A stretch of DNA of 64,000 bases from Lama guanicoe (Eukaryota). Below are positions 41,521 to 54,198 of the stretch, in pieces. Made by a program: the position numbers and the translations under genes. Where the stretch lies: contig MU053645.1 of the NCBI GenBank assembly GCA_013239625.1, forward strand, positions 798,274-862,273, written 5' to 3'. The notes below the pieces were generated by a model that searched no databases, was not told where the DNA came from, and saw nothing but the letters and a program-made list of their open reading frames with translations. How positions within the stretch are numbered: position 1 is the first letter of the stretch; each line of letters starts with the position of its first letter.

Positions 41521-42564
41521 CTCCCCTATTTCTGCTACTTTTTACAGATTTTGCAGATGTTCTAGTTAAGGGCTTTCCTTATGTTCCTTTTTCCTGGTCC
41601 TCGGGTCCCTCAAGTGAAATTTCACTCTATGGGGACCATGCATATAGATATATCTTAAATACATATTCGGTATTTAAAAAAAATGATTCCATAGATGCTG
41701 TCACACACACACACACACAGAGAGAAAAGAAAAGGGCTTCAGACTAAAAGAGCAGTGTGGTTTGTTTTCTTTAAATTTTCCATCTCTGAGAAGTTGGCTT
41801 CTGTGGCTGTCATCTTTTCATTCCTCATGAATACAGTTTTTTTTTTCCTGCCTCACAGAGAGAGCCAAAGACCATGTACATCAAATGACCCTTTGATAGT
41901 TTTCTTTCTAATCAAGGAAACTTTCTTTTAAGAATGTCTTAGATTCAGGGAGAAACTCAAGCCCATTAGTGTATATGAAACAGCAACTCTGAACTCATCT
42001 TTAAGGGTAAATTACATATCAGTATCTTACCCACCCTCACAGGATTGTAGAATTCTTTGCGCCAAAACAGGTTTCCTAGATTCCAATAAAATATTAAATA
42101 AATTTAAGAAGAAAATATCAGTTTTATGAAATTATGGGATGACACATTCATAGCATACTACTTATAAAATCCAAATAACACATTTCAAATAAATTCTTTT
42201 GTATACTGTCAACCCACTGCTGCTGTTCAGGTGTGAAATAAAATATATTTTCCATCAGAATTGTAATTTGTACAGTGTCTTGAGAAGGAAAAAAACTTGT
42301 TATAATTCATCACTGACTTTTCAATAAGCAAAAACAAAACAAAAACAAAAAAAACAATTACCTCATTACATGGGGCTTATAAACATGAGACTACCCTGCT
42401 TTGATTACTTTCAAGGCAGAAAAAGGCAAATTCCTTTAACAATTGGGTTTGTTTACTGATTTGGAAGGTGGGAGTGGCAATGCCTTCCTCCTCCCACCAT
42501 CATAAGGGAACACAGTAGATACTTGTGTTCCTATAGAAGTCTGGAGTCTTAGTATAAAAGTGAA

Positions 42565-43070
42565 GTAGCGATTCCACCTCAAGGTGTGTGCCCAAGAGAA
42601 ATAAAAACATATGTGCACACAAAAAATGCACACGTGAGTATTCACAGCAGTTTTATTCACAACAGCCAAAAAGTGGAAACAGCCCAACTGTCCATAAGTA
42701 GATGAGTGAATAAATAAACGTGACATATCCATACAATGAAATACTATCAACCGGAAAAAAAAAAAAAGGAATGATGTTCTGTTACAAGCTACAACACGGA
42801 TGAGGTTGGAAAACATTGTGCTAAATTGAAAGAAGGCCCTAAAATCCACATATACAATTTCATTTGTATGAATTATGCAGAATAGTCTGAGAGACAGAAA
42901 GCAGATTTAGTGGTCACCTAGGAATGATTTGGGAGGGGAGGGACTGGCTATTCTAAAATGTTCTAAAATTGTAGTAATGGTTGCACAACTCTGTGAATTG
43001 TACAGTTTCAGTGGCTGCATTGTGTAGTGTATGAATTATAGCTCAATAAATCTGTTGTCTTTAAAAAAAA
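42565..43070 (+). mobile_element. L1MB-like 3' fragment
   Basis: cccaagagaaataaaaacatatgt..gcagttttattcacaacagccaaaaagtggaaac..gtatgaattatagctcaataaa plus an A tail. Confidence 0.8.
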
Positions 43071-44025
43071 TAAGTGAACAAGAAGACAGGCAGGCTGGCT
43101 TCAGAAATACCATTTACAAATATGAGATTTCTGTCTCATCTCATATTTGTCGTCAGATAAGATAATTTGGAAAACTCTAGGCTGCTGAGACAGAAGGAAT
43201 GGGAGGGACTGAGACTCCTCTCCCACTCTCTCCTAGACTAGGGCTGGAGGCTACTTTCTCAGACTTCCTAAGGAACAGGAAGGAGAGGCCCTGTGAAGGC
43301 CTAGAGTACAACTTCAGACCCAGAAGAACAGGGCATGAAATCACTACAGGAGGGAATGTAACCCTCTTGAACCAAGCAAGATTAAAAGGAGAGCAGGAGA
43401 TACCTAGTTTGCAGCAAGTAGCAGAAGAGGATCAATATGACCCACAGTCCAGAATGGATTTCTCAGGCAGAAGAGGTACTCTAGTCTTAGTAGCAAAGAT
43501 GACATCAGCACAGGTTGGATCACTGTGGTAGACTCGGGCCTCCAAAAGAAGTGACCAGACTGCCACAGGGACAAAGTGGGGTACATCCTACACCTCTCAA
43601 ATACTCAGAAGCAGATTAAAAGGAAGCAATGAGTACCTAGTGAATCTGTTTAGTGTTTGAAATCTGAGTCTGCTGGGCCATCTCTGCAGTTGGGTGATTT
43701 TGAATTGAAGAAGGTTGACCAAAACTAATGCTATTCTTCCACTCTGACAGTTCCTCACTAATCTGCCTTCTTCTGTGCACTGAACTACTGCAGGAGAATT
43801 CTAGGGGACTTAGGAACCAAAGGGAACAGAGGAAGGCTGAAGTAGAAAAGTGCACGGTCCTGGCTTTGATCAGAAGTCCTCTCAGTCATCTCTCATTTGA
43901 CATGTACAAAATCAGTCATAATGCAACTCCTCAGTTTAATATTTTAGGCTTCATAAAGCAGCTTACTATCTCAGTTTAATATCCACCATAGTGACCACTA
44001 TTTAAAGGACTTCAGAGTTCTTCTG

Positions 44026-44189
44026 ACAGACTCACAGGCATAGAAGACAAACTTTTGGTTACCAGGAGGGAAAGTGGGTAAATCGGGGGTTCTGGATTTG
44101 CAGATACTAACTACTATATATAAAATAGAGAGATGGCAAGGTCCTACTGTATAGCACAGGGAACTATATTCACTACCTTGTAATAGCAG
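44026..44189 (+). mobile_element. Tailless internal L1 3'UTR fragment with TSD
   Basis: Homologous to ~7811-7975, with no terminal segment or poly(A). Perfect flanking repeat AGAGTTCTTCTG (44014-44025 and 44190-44201). Confidence 0.85.
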
Positions 44190-44289
44190 AGAGTTCTTCT
44201 GCCTTCAGGAGGTTGGTTTGGTGTTGGAAGAGCAGAAATTAGGTTTCACTTGACCAGGGATTTGCTGATCCATTCTCACTAAAATAAGA

Positions 44290-45010
44290 ATTGGGTTCAA
44301 GAAACACTTATTGAACACCCCTTCGCAGCCAGGCCTTTTATCAGGTGTTGGGGACACAGAACAAAATGAAACATGACCTTCACCTTTAGAGACATTCACA
44401 GCTATTCTCTACGGTATTATGGGGGGCAGGGAATTATGGGATGCTTTGGGAGCACAGAGAGGTTCCTCCCTAGCTTGGACTGACAGAGAAGGTGTGGGGA
44501 TGTAGTCAGTGAACCAATCCCTGAGCAAAGTCTTAAGAGATAAACAAGAAATCATTCAGTCATTCAATCGTCCAACCAGTACAATTTTAGCAGCTACTAT
44601 GTTTCAGCTCCGTGGGAGGTGCTGGCAATGGGAAGCTGGCCAGAGAATGAGAAAAAGAACGCTCCTGGTATAGGAAAAAATTGTGAACAAAGACAGGGAG
44701 GCATCAAACCATAGAGGGTCCACGGGGAAAGCAGAAACCACTCTGCAAGACTAGAAAGCAAAGTGAGAAGACGATGCGTGATAGTGAGAGCTACCTAAGA
44801 CGTGCGAAGGCCCAGTCCTAAAGGATATTAACTGTGCCAAGGAGCCAAAATTTTATCCTGTAAACAATGGGGGGCCACTGAAGGTTTAAGTAGGGTATAC
44901 GAGTTTGAAAAACACCACTCTGGCTGCAGAGCAGACGGTGAATGTGAGGGATATACATTTTTGAATCTACCGAAAAAGAAGTTGAGTAAGGACAATGGCA
45001 TGAGGAGATA
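44290..45010 (-). mobile_element. L2 fragments
   Basis: cacttattgaacacc..; ttttatcctgtaaacaatggggggccactgaaggtttaag; cactctggctgcag. Confidence 0.55.
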
Positions 45011-47618
45011 GATTATACTCTTCTCAAGAAGACCCCAGACAATGGCCCTTTCCTCCCCCTTGGGCCCCCAAACTTAATCTATCTTAGGCCCCACCCCTTA
45101 GAGGCTGACTGATAGTGAGGCTAACCTCTAACAACCTAACTAGTACAGAGGAGCTAACAGCTGACACTGGTTTAATGCGCAGCCCTCCTAAGATCTGCAT
45201 CTTAAGTTTCAACTGTGTGTGATTAAAAGGAGTGAAAACAAAGGACAAAATGTTTTTAGCCAAGAATCTCCCAATATTGCTCGTAAGTCATTTCATTTAC
45301 TCATCATAGGGAGATGGAAGGAAGAACATAGAAAAGTGAAAAAGAACCCAGAGAAAGAAAGTGTTGCTAATGATGACATACTGGTGTCAGCAGGTGGTCA
45401 CTTCCATCAAGGGGGGAAAGAGAAGAAAGCCAGGTGCACAGGGAAGGTTGGCAGGAGCAAATAGGGAGGCAAAGAAACAGAGGAAAACCACGGCTCACAC
45501 ACCCTCCACCTCCGGATGTCACAAGGAGACTCTCTGACGGTGATGTTTTGCGTATAGGAGGTATACTAAGAGAACTAAGTATTCTGAATAAAAGGATCTC
45601 TATGTGCAAAAATAGAATCCCACATACTGGAAATGTCTTCTAAAAGTCACAGATTTAAACAACCCTCACTGAAGCTGCAGATGGACGGCTTCCTCCCCTT
45701 TCTCCCCCACCTTGTGCCTAATGATGGAAAAAACACAGCAGCCAGGAAGGACCTCTCTAACAAGAAGTGGAAGATGAAATGAGCCCAGGTGAATGAAGTG
45801 GAAATTGCTGGAAAAATGAACAGGACCAAACATTATTCCTGTTTAAGTGATGAGGAAAAAATGAGACACCTGGGAAATAGAACAAAGCGCAATAAGATCT
45901 ACGAGTAGATAAAAATAAAGGTAGTTACATGAGTACTGCAAAGCCCCCTTCAAAGGTGCAATTTGTCTTCGCTAAAGTGTTGTGCTCATATAGGACTATT
46001 GGGATACAGATGAAGACTAAGGAGAAAATCTGAATGTCAAAATCCTTCAGTGATCAGCTCAATTCTTTTTTTTTTTTTTCCGAAGTTGGGGGAAAAGAAC
46101 ATCTGAGAGAAAAAGGAAGCAACTTCAGGGCAAAGAGAATTTGTTCTTTCTCTTATGAACTCAATGATGAAAGCAGTCATTTCTCTTATTTTGTGTGATG
46201 TGCTGGGTTGGAAAACAAAGAACCGGTATTTGAGCTTGCATTTGACACTGTAATAAATGCAATTATAATCATTTGCATATTAAAGGCATTATTATTACTT
46301 CGTGGCAAATATTTCCAACAAGATTGAATTGAAAAGAATCCCTCCTCCCAAGCAGACCACACATGCTTTTGTGGGGTTTGACATCATCTCAAACCATGCT
46401 GTGTCAAACTGTCAAATTCAGGAATTCTCCAAAGCTACCACCGATCTCGTTCTAATCTCTATTAAGACTCGTTTGATGCCACATAATTGAAAATAACCAT
46501 TGGTTGTGATGTGTTAATTTTATGCAAGGAAAATAACAGGGTACTGATTTTATACTTTCAGCCAACTACTTTTGGGGGAAAACTGTACAAAATTTTCAGT
46601 CTCTATGACAGTTTGCCTTAGGCTACATAACCCTTTATAATGTCACTTTGGGGCCCTATTTAAACCCGAATATCCTGAACTATGGCATCCAAAATGATGA
46701 GATCTGAGGTTTCCTTTCTCTGAGACATAGTAGCTTGCCTTAGGTACTGCACATAAAAATTGTAACCTAATTTATCTTGACTTACAAACTTAAGATGGGA
46801 AAAGGATTCTATCTCTCTGTCTCTTTCTCTCTCTTTCTAACCTACCGTATCACTGGTTATTTCCACTTGACATCCCTTAAGTGACCCGTAGAGATAAACC
46901 TCATCATTCAAAGGCTTGCAACACTCAAAGCCTTCTAACCTAATGTTCGCCTGTGGGTTTCAGATACTTCTTCCTGTCTATCTGGGGTATTTCAATAAAT
47001 GATATACAGTCCGTAGCTTAAAATCTAAATGAAAGATGTAGCTTAGATGGAACCCTGGAAAACAAAGTGAAAAGTTAATGAGATATAAATTAGTAACAGC
47101 TAAAGCTTTCCCTTAAAGAAAAGATTATTGATTTTAAAGAACATTCTAATGAAAAAGAATGGCACTCATTTAGGCTTGGCCTGAGATACATCATAGATTC
47201 ATTTATATGAAAAATGAGGATGTGGATCCCAGGGAAGGGACTTTGCATTCTGGCTGGGTCACTCCCCTGTAACCTCTTTTTAGGCCAATTAGGTTGGAGG
47301 ATTTTCTAACTGCTGTTTTGGGTCTCATGATATCTGATGCCCCTCCACGTCACTTGCACTTCTTTATACACCCACATCCACTTCTCACACCATTAATGTT
47401 AATTTATTCCACAGTTGCCTTTCTTTAAAATACCTTCCTCTGATGAACATAATTTTATATTACAATCCCACATTAGCATTTGCTATCAAACACCTGAAAT
47501 TGCTCCTTTAATCCTCCAAAGCTTCCACCTAAGATTAAAAACTCTTCCATAAAGCCTTCTTAGGGTGTTAGCATTATCATATTCATTTACACTTTGGGAA
47601 AGGCTACTCCATGAGTAT

Positions 47619-48092
47619 TGTATCAGTTCGGTTTGCAATTGGTTTTGAGCAGTAACAAAACTCAAATTCAGCGGATGGAACAAAAGGGTTTTACTTTTCT
47701 CTCTCACACATAATATAAAAAGGCCAGAGGTAAGCATTCCAGGACTGGGACAGCTCCTTCACAATGTCTCATCAACATTCCAGGTTCATTATATCCTTAT
47801 ACACTATCCTTGACATTTGATTTTCATCTTTGTGCTTGTCATTTCACGGTCCCAGGATGGCTGCTTCACCTCCAGCCTAATAAGATCTGCATTCTAGTCA
47901 AGAATCGAAGGAAAGCAGGAAGAGGTAGTGCCTAATCTCAGTATATGAGCCATTGGGCAGAAAATTATCACACAACCACCATAGTTGCAAGTGATTCTGA
48001 GAAGGCAAGTTGCTGTCAACAACAAAATTGAGCTTCTTAGAAAAATGAAGAGTAGAATGACTACTGAGATTTCAGTAGCATTTTCTGCTACA
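47619..48092 (-). mobile_element. MaLR LTR (MLT1J/K-like)
   Basis: TG...CA ends. Motifs gcagtaacaaaactc, ggtcccaggatggctgcttcacctccagc, cattgggcagaa. Confidence 0.6.
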
Positions 48093-50129
48093 GTGTTTTT
48101 CAGTCATGTTAAATGTGACTATGATCTATTCCCTAATTAAACTCTAACCTCTCTGAGATCACAGGTCATTAATTAAGTGTATTTCTTCTGTATCCTCCTT
48201 GTTCCACTGGCATACTTGAACCATTCCATGTCTGATGGTAACTGAATGAACCAAGTAGGCAGCTCTACCACACATCCTCTTCTACCACTTAGATGACATC
48301 TCTCTGTGTCAATATGAGTCTCATCTATAAAAAGAGACAGCAAGCAACATTTATCATGTTTAAACAGCTGGAGTAACATTAGATGATGGTTTGGCTCCTT
48401 TTTTTCTACCAAGTAAATTCCATCCACTTAGCATTTGAGACCATATTTCACATCCCATGTGAGTATGTGGGTATTGGGAGAGGGGACAGGATGAAGTGTC
48501 ATGCACATATAATCTCTTTCCAGTCTTAACCCTCGTGTACAGTAAGGGTTCTTTTTAGCACCATAGACAAAGTTATATACCACAGATTATCAATAGTAGC
48601 AATAAATTTATATTTGTCTTTATATTGCTCCAATATAAATCATTTAAAAGCATTTAACTTTATCTCTGTGGAAGTCTAAAAGAACCAGCATGGATCCAGG
48701 AAGGAGAGTCTCACAGGCTTCCACCATATGAACCACTAGCATTATGGAGCCAGGACTCTGGGGAGAGGGCAGAGGAGTGGAAAGGGGAAGAAGAAAGGTA
48801 CTCCCAAGTGCTAATTTGAGGCTGACTTTCTATGGGCTACAAAGTCAAGAAATGCTGTATACCATCCTGTGGTCTATAAGTATATTTGTATTTAGCTACT
48901 AATGAAAATGTGTTATTTCTATAACAGAATATGCCTTTTTAGACATGGTAGACCCTAACAGTAGAGTTACGTAGGTCAGGTTTTAACCTCAGTAAATGGC
49001 AGCTACTCTTCTAGTTCCCAAGCCCCAGCTGAGTGATTTCTTCCTCTAACTTTTCATAGCACCTTGTGCCTATATCTCTTTATTGATGATTTTCATTTTT
49101 CTCTTTTTTGTAATTATGCCATTGGATTATAAATACCTCAATGGCAGGTGTTACCTAATTTAACCTCACAAACTCTACAAGTTCTCCTAGTAGTACCTCA
49201 AAGACAGTAGGTGCTCCTTTTTTTTTTTAACCCACATCCCCTCTTTTTTGGTGCTCCATGGTTGAATGAAAGAATGAAAAAATAAATGCTTACTTTATTC
49301 AAAATAATATTTGAACCATCTAAATGGATTTTCTTGCTGGTCAGTGGGGGCATTAGGGAAGAGTAAAAGGGATGACTTAATACTACTTGCTGTCATTTGC
49401 ACAGGTAGACAGTTACCTTTTAATTCCACAAGGACTTACTGTGAACAACTGTATCACATTCTCCTCACCCCTGGGGAGACTGTATTGAGGCAGGTAATAC
49501 CACAAGTTTCAAACAGAAAATTCACAGAAAACAGTGCAAGCAAACATCTTTTCAATATCAAAATGTGTGTATCCAATTAAGTATTATGAGTATAAATGTA
49601 GAGCTTTACGTCTGATAAAATTTAATACCTATCAGAAAAACTCCTCATCTCCTATATCCTTGAAGCCTATAAAAGTCAGTACAGTAGAAAAAAATAGGCA
49701 ATTATTTTTTAGTTACTGCCTTGACATCAAAATAATAGACCCATACAGATTAGAGATTGGGCCTAAATGAGACTAAAAAGGTAAGATTTTAACCAGCAAG
49801 TGCAACAAATATCTTTAATTAAAAGCACCTGACCAAAACAAACAAACCAAAATGAAAAGAACAAACCCTCAATCACCTTGATTAAAATGTATGGCCAGGT
49901 TTTTTCTTCCAGTGAAATCCATCACAGACCTGCATTTGAACTGTCCAGGAGCAGGAAAAAAGTACCAATTTTTTGCTTTCATTTCTTGCTTTGTTATTTA
50001 ATATCACTGCTGTTCTCACTTGCTCACACACAGAAAAAGAGTTCTGTGGTCACTGGGGCACTCATAGCTCTCTAGGGGCCTCCAATCACTTAATCTGTCA
50101 AATAGTTATTCCTGCTCATTGCTTTAGAA

Positions 50130-50326
50130 CAGTACTTCCAATAGAACTTTCTGCAGTGGTGAGACTGATCTGTCTCTGTGCTTTCCAATATAGTAGTGCT
50201 CAGCCACATGTAGCTATTGAGCATTTGAAATGTAGCCAGCTTGACTAAGGAACTTTTCAATTGAATTGAATTTTAATTCACTTACATTTAAATAGACACC
50301 TGTGGTGATTGCATTGGAGAGCACCA
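50130..50326. mobile_element. MER3-like hAT-Charlie MITE
   Basis: tccaatagaactttctgc..gccacatgtagctattgagcatttgaaatgt with an 8-bp TSD ct(t/c)tagaa. Confidence 0.8.
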
Positions 50327-53300
50327 CTCTAGAATGTGGAGAAAGACAGGCCTCTTCTTCTAGTGCTGGCCAGTCTCACGACCTGCCTCAGGCCACCTAG
50401 CAGCCACCTAGCAATCCACCCTCTCCATTCATCAAGGTTCTCCTCCTGTAAGTCTTCATTCATTCGCCCACTAGAAAGCGCACAATGATTCCCATACCAC
50501 ATTCCTAATTTGGTTTCCTTCGCAGTGCAGGGAACTGCTCTGGGTGGGGGGGACTAATCTATCCAATACAAGTCTATATAGCTTTATCTCTGCCCAAGAT
50601 CGCTCCATGCCCAGGCATAAGAAAACCTAGCAGGACATTCTAATTTGGCCCTACTGCCCTCCCGCCCATCTCCCTTTCATTTACAAGTTAACTTAAAAGT
50701 TGATCTCTCCAAAAAATTTCCCCACATAATCCTGCCAATTCTCTATACCTCCTCTGCCAATCTCTTGCTTTTGTATGCAGTGCACACAGTGATCAATGAT
50801 GCGAGGGGGCGGGGTTAGAAGAAAATGAGAATTTATTGTCACAACCTACTGTCAACTAAATTATTGAGATAATATTGCAATTTTCTGAAGATGGCTTCAG
50901 TTCTTCCAAAGAACCTGAATATATACACCATGAGCAAATTTGATAACTCTTTCGAGTCAATTAGTACATGTAAATAAACACTATACTTGAGCACAGCCTC
51001 CTTAACAGTGTGACTCACTGTAGCCATTTAAGTGCTCATTTATTTCATCACATTTGTGCACTGCATGTAGCAGAGGGTGACAGGAAACACAGATAGCATC
51101 TGCTAATGCCTCTGTAAATGCTATTTACTGCACCCATTTACAACTGCCCAAAAAGGAGGGTTTAGGAGAAATAGACAATAAAGGTCAAAGTAATCAGCAA
51201 AATCAGTATTAGGGGAAATCTAATATAAGCCTGGGCCTTATAACAGTTGTGGGCTGTAGAAAAAAATCTATATCATTTCCTGAAGCCAGCTGGATCAATG
51301 TGAATAAACACTATCCTAATGAAAGCGCCTTTCAATAAGAAAACATTAACCTGGATGCATATTCAGGTGCAGTGAATAATCATCTTGTTAGCACTCGACA
51401 ACATTTGATAATGCATGAAGTCGCAAAACACTACCCTCCCTAATGCTTGTGGTTAGTCTTAATTCCATGCTTTATTTGACATACATGAAGCGGATTCCAT
51501 CAAAGCTGATGATACTGCCTTCTAGACCCCCTGGGAAACTGTCTCTCCCAGGCCTCACTATGTTGGCCATCCCAAGGAAATGCTAAAGAGTAGAGCTTCT
51601 TCCAAATCCATAGCTTGAGTTTTTGGAACCTCTACTTAAAGTTTCAGTAGAGCGGAATAACAAGTAATTAAAAACCGTAAACCCCTCCTGACAGTGCACA
51701 AACGCGGTAGTCTTTAGCAGGACATGGTCATCTGCATAAAACATCTTCTTGTGGAAGATTATAAAAGGTAACTATTTCCCAAGCTTCCTCTGAAACCCCT
51801 GAACTAGAGCAATAACAAAATAACAACTTTTTATATTATAAGATCAGCAAATAATTTTTGAGCATTTATGTGCCTATCCCTGTGCAGTTACTGAAGATTA
51901 CAAATACGATTAAAGATACAGCTCACATATCCAAGGACCTTACAGTTTAATCCTCCACTCCAGTTCTACTATCATGTATTAGTAATGTCAAAAATATTTA
52001 TTTAGCAATTATCTGTAATACTGCAAAATGAGGCTTTCTGTATCATGTAGTCTGCAAAGGGATAATGAAATGCTTGGATGGCATAAAGATCTGCTTTTAA
52101 AATTCTACTTATATTTTAATCTAGATAAACAACCAAGTAATTTGGTGTTTTGCCAGCCTTTGAAAGAAACTCAGTAACAGTAACATATGTGTTTATAGGA
52201 GGCTCCTACAAACACCCCCAAATCATTTAATGACTGCTTTAACTGCTGAACCACCAGTCACCAACTATAGCTCACGAGAACAAGTGAAATAAAAGCACCA
52301 AGAGGAGATCACTCATGCGACTGTATCCCACAGGGTATGGCAAGGCATGCTTATTTAATATATTAAATAGTAGCTGCCACTACCTGGAGATGTTTGTTAC
52401 CCAGACGACGGCATGGGCAAAGAGTACCAATAGTACCAAGTGAGGGATTCATTTTTTAGCTCAGAATCCAAGATATGACTTTTCCAAAGCGGCACCTCTC
52501 TTTTTCTGCCCAGTCTTGACCCCAATCAGCAGAACAAGTCAGGTAGAAAGACTGGAGAGATAACAAACTCCAGTTGGAGAGGCAGGGAAATAGCAATTTC
52601 ACAGTAATTTCTGAAGTTATGGACCTAGAATGCAGGGTCTTACAAGACTAAAAAAGGCAGAGATTAGACTGAGTGGGCTAGGTACAAATACAGGGCACAC
52701 ACAAGAAGACTCATACTTGGCCAGGAATAGCCAGATCCCTTCTGAAGAGTCAAAGGAGGCTGACATTAGAATTTGTTGTATGGCCTTGTAAAATGTATAT
52801 AGTCCCCATTACACAGTGTGGGGCCTCACAATTACCAACTCATTATTGTTCTTAAAATCTCCCCTGCCACCCCCTCAGATAAGAAGCCCCAGCAGGTACT
52901 ATTAAATACCTGATCTAGTGAATCCTACTTGGCTATTAGAATCACAGTGTTGATACCAGAGTGGGAAAAACTAAGCAAACAGCTGCCCTTGGATAATTCT
53001 GTCTGTAAGCATACTGAAGAGAAGGACACTGTCTTACTCATCACTGTATCTCTAGAACTTAGAGCAGTGTCCCTCACATAATAGGCAATCAATAAATATT
53101 TGCTGAATGAATGAATGTGCAACACATTACACTGGGTCAATGACATGGAGCCAGGTGGGTGGGAGTCCCATGGTATGGCTGTGTCTACATGAAACTACTT
53201 TTCCTACAATTTTGATTTAATTGACCAGAAATTTCATTCAAATTGTTGGCCAATTCCAATTCCATCAGAAAAGAGGTTGAATTGAATTTGCTCATTAGAT

Positions 53301-53980
53301 TGATCAAGTAATTAATTTGACTGGATCAACTTTGGATTATTCTTGCATCACAGGTAAATGTTTACAGTTAATAAAAGCTGTCAGTGGCATCAGAAATCAC
53401 CCAAGCTGAAGAATTCAATCAGAAAATGGAAATAAAATGCAGTCAGAGATTAGCAACACAATTTTACAAACACTAGGCTATCGCAAATCTCAAAGACATA
53501 GAAAAGTGGTAGAATGTCTCATTTTCTGAAAAGAATATATCTACAGGTCTTTCTGTGATGGTGGAGTATAAATAAAAATATCATTTGAAATTATTTGATT
53601 GTTAGTCCTGAGAGAAAATTTATATGAAAGAAACTTGGGGTGTATACACACACACAGGTGTAGAATCCATTATTTAAAATTCTAAAATTAAGAGTAGATA
53701 AAATGAGTTGGCTATTCATACATTGTTTTCACCATACAGAAAACATTAAAGTTGAATTGCCTTAAGTTGCAAGTACATTTAAATATTTGCATATAACTTG
53801 CTATTTAACAAAAGTTAGGAGTTAGAGGGAAAAGAAACAATGCTAAACTGTTAGAAATCATAGTCTATTGAAGATCAATAAAAATAACATTAAATTTCTT
53901 GCTAAAATCATGAAGATCAGTGGGGAAATAGCATTTGATTCAGAGATTTTATTTACACACAATATTTCCATTAATGTCTT

Positions 53981-54080
53981 ATCTTTTAATTGAAGTTTGG
54001 TTGATTTACAATGTTGTATTAATTTCTGGTGTACAGCATCGTGATTCAGTTATATATATATTCTCTTTCATATTCTTTTT
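53981..54080 (-). mobile_element. L1 extreme 3' end fused to U6
   Basis: Matches the last ~100 nt of the L1 at 7985-8085 (TACACCAGAAATT..CAACATTGTAAA..ACTTCAAT). The whole chimera is flanked by a TSD, 53963-53980 and 54199-54216. Confidence 0.85.
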
Positions 54081-54131
54081 AAAATATATGGAACACTTCA
54101 CGAATTTGCATGTAATCCTTGTGCAGGGGCC

Positions 54132-54164
<33 letters not shown>

Positions 54165-54198
54165 CACAATTTAGTATATGTGCTGCCAAAGCGAGCAC
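54081..54198 (-). pseudogene. RNU6: Full-length U6 snRNA retropseudogene (5' part of a U6/L1 chimera)
   Basis: The reverse complement reads GTGCTCGCTTTGGCAGCACATATACTAAA..TTGGAACGATACAGAGAAGATTAGCATGGCCCCTGCACAAGGATTACATGCAAATTCGTGAAGTGTTCCATATATTTT. It has the ACAGAGA box, four CpG transitions and a 10-nt internal duplication (54165-54174). No upstream promoter was evident. Confidence 0.95.

Noticed and set aside
54081..54198. Functional U6 gene
   Set aside because: It has an internal duplication, CpG decay, fusion to L1 and flanking TSDs.
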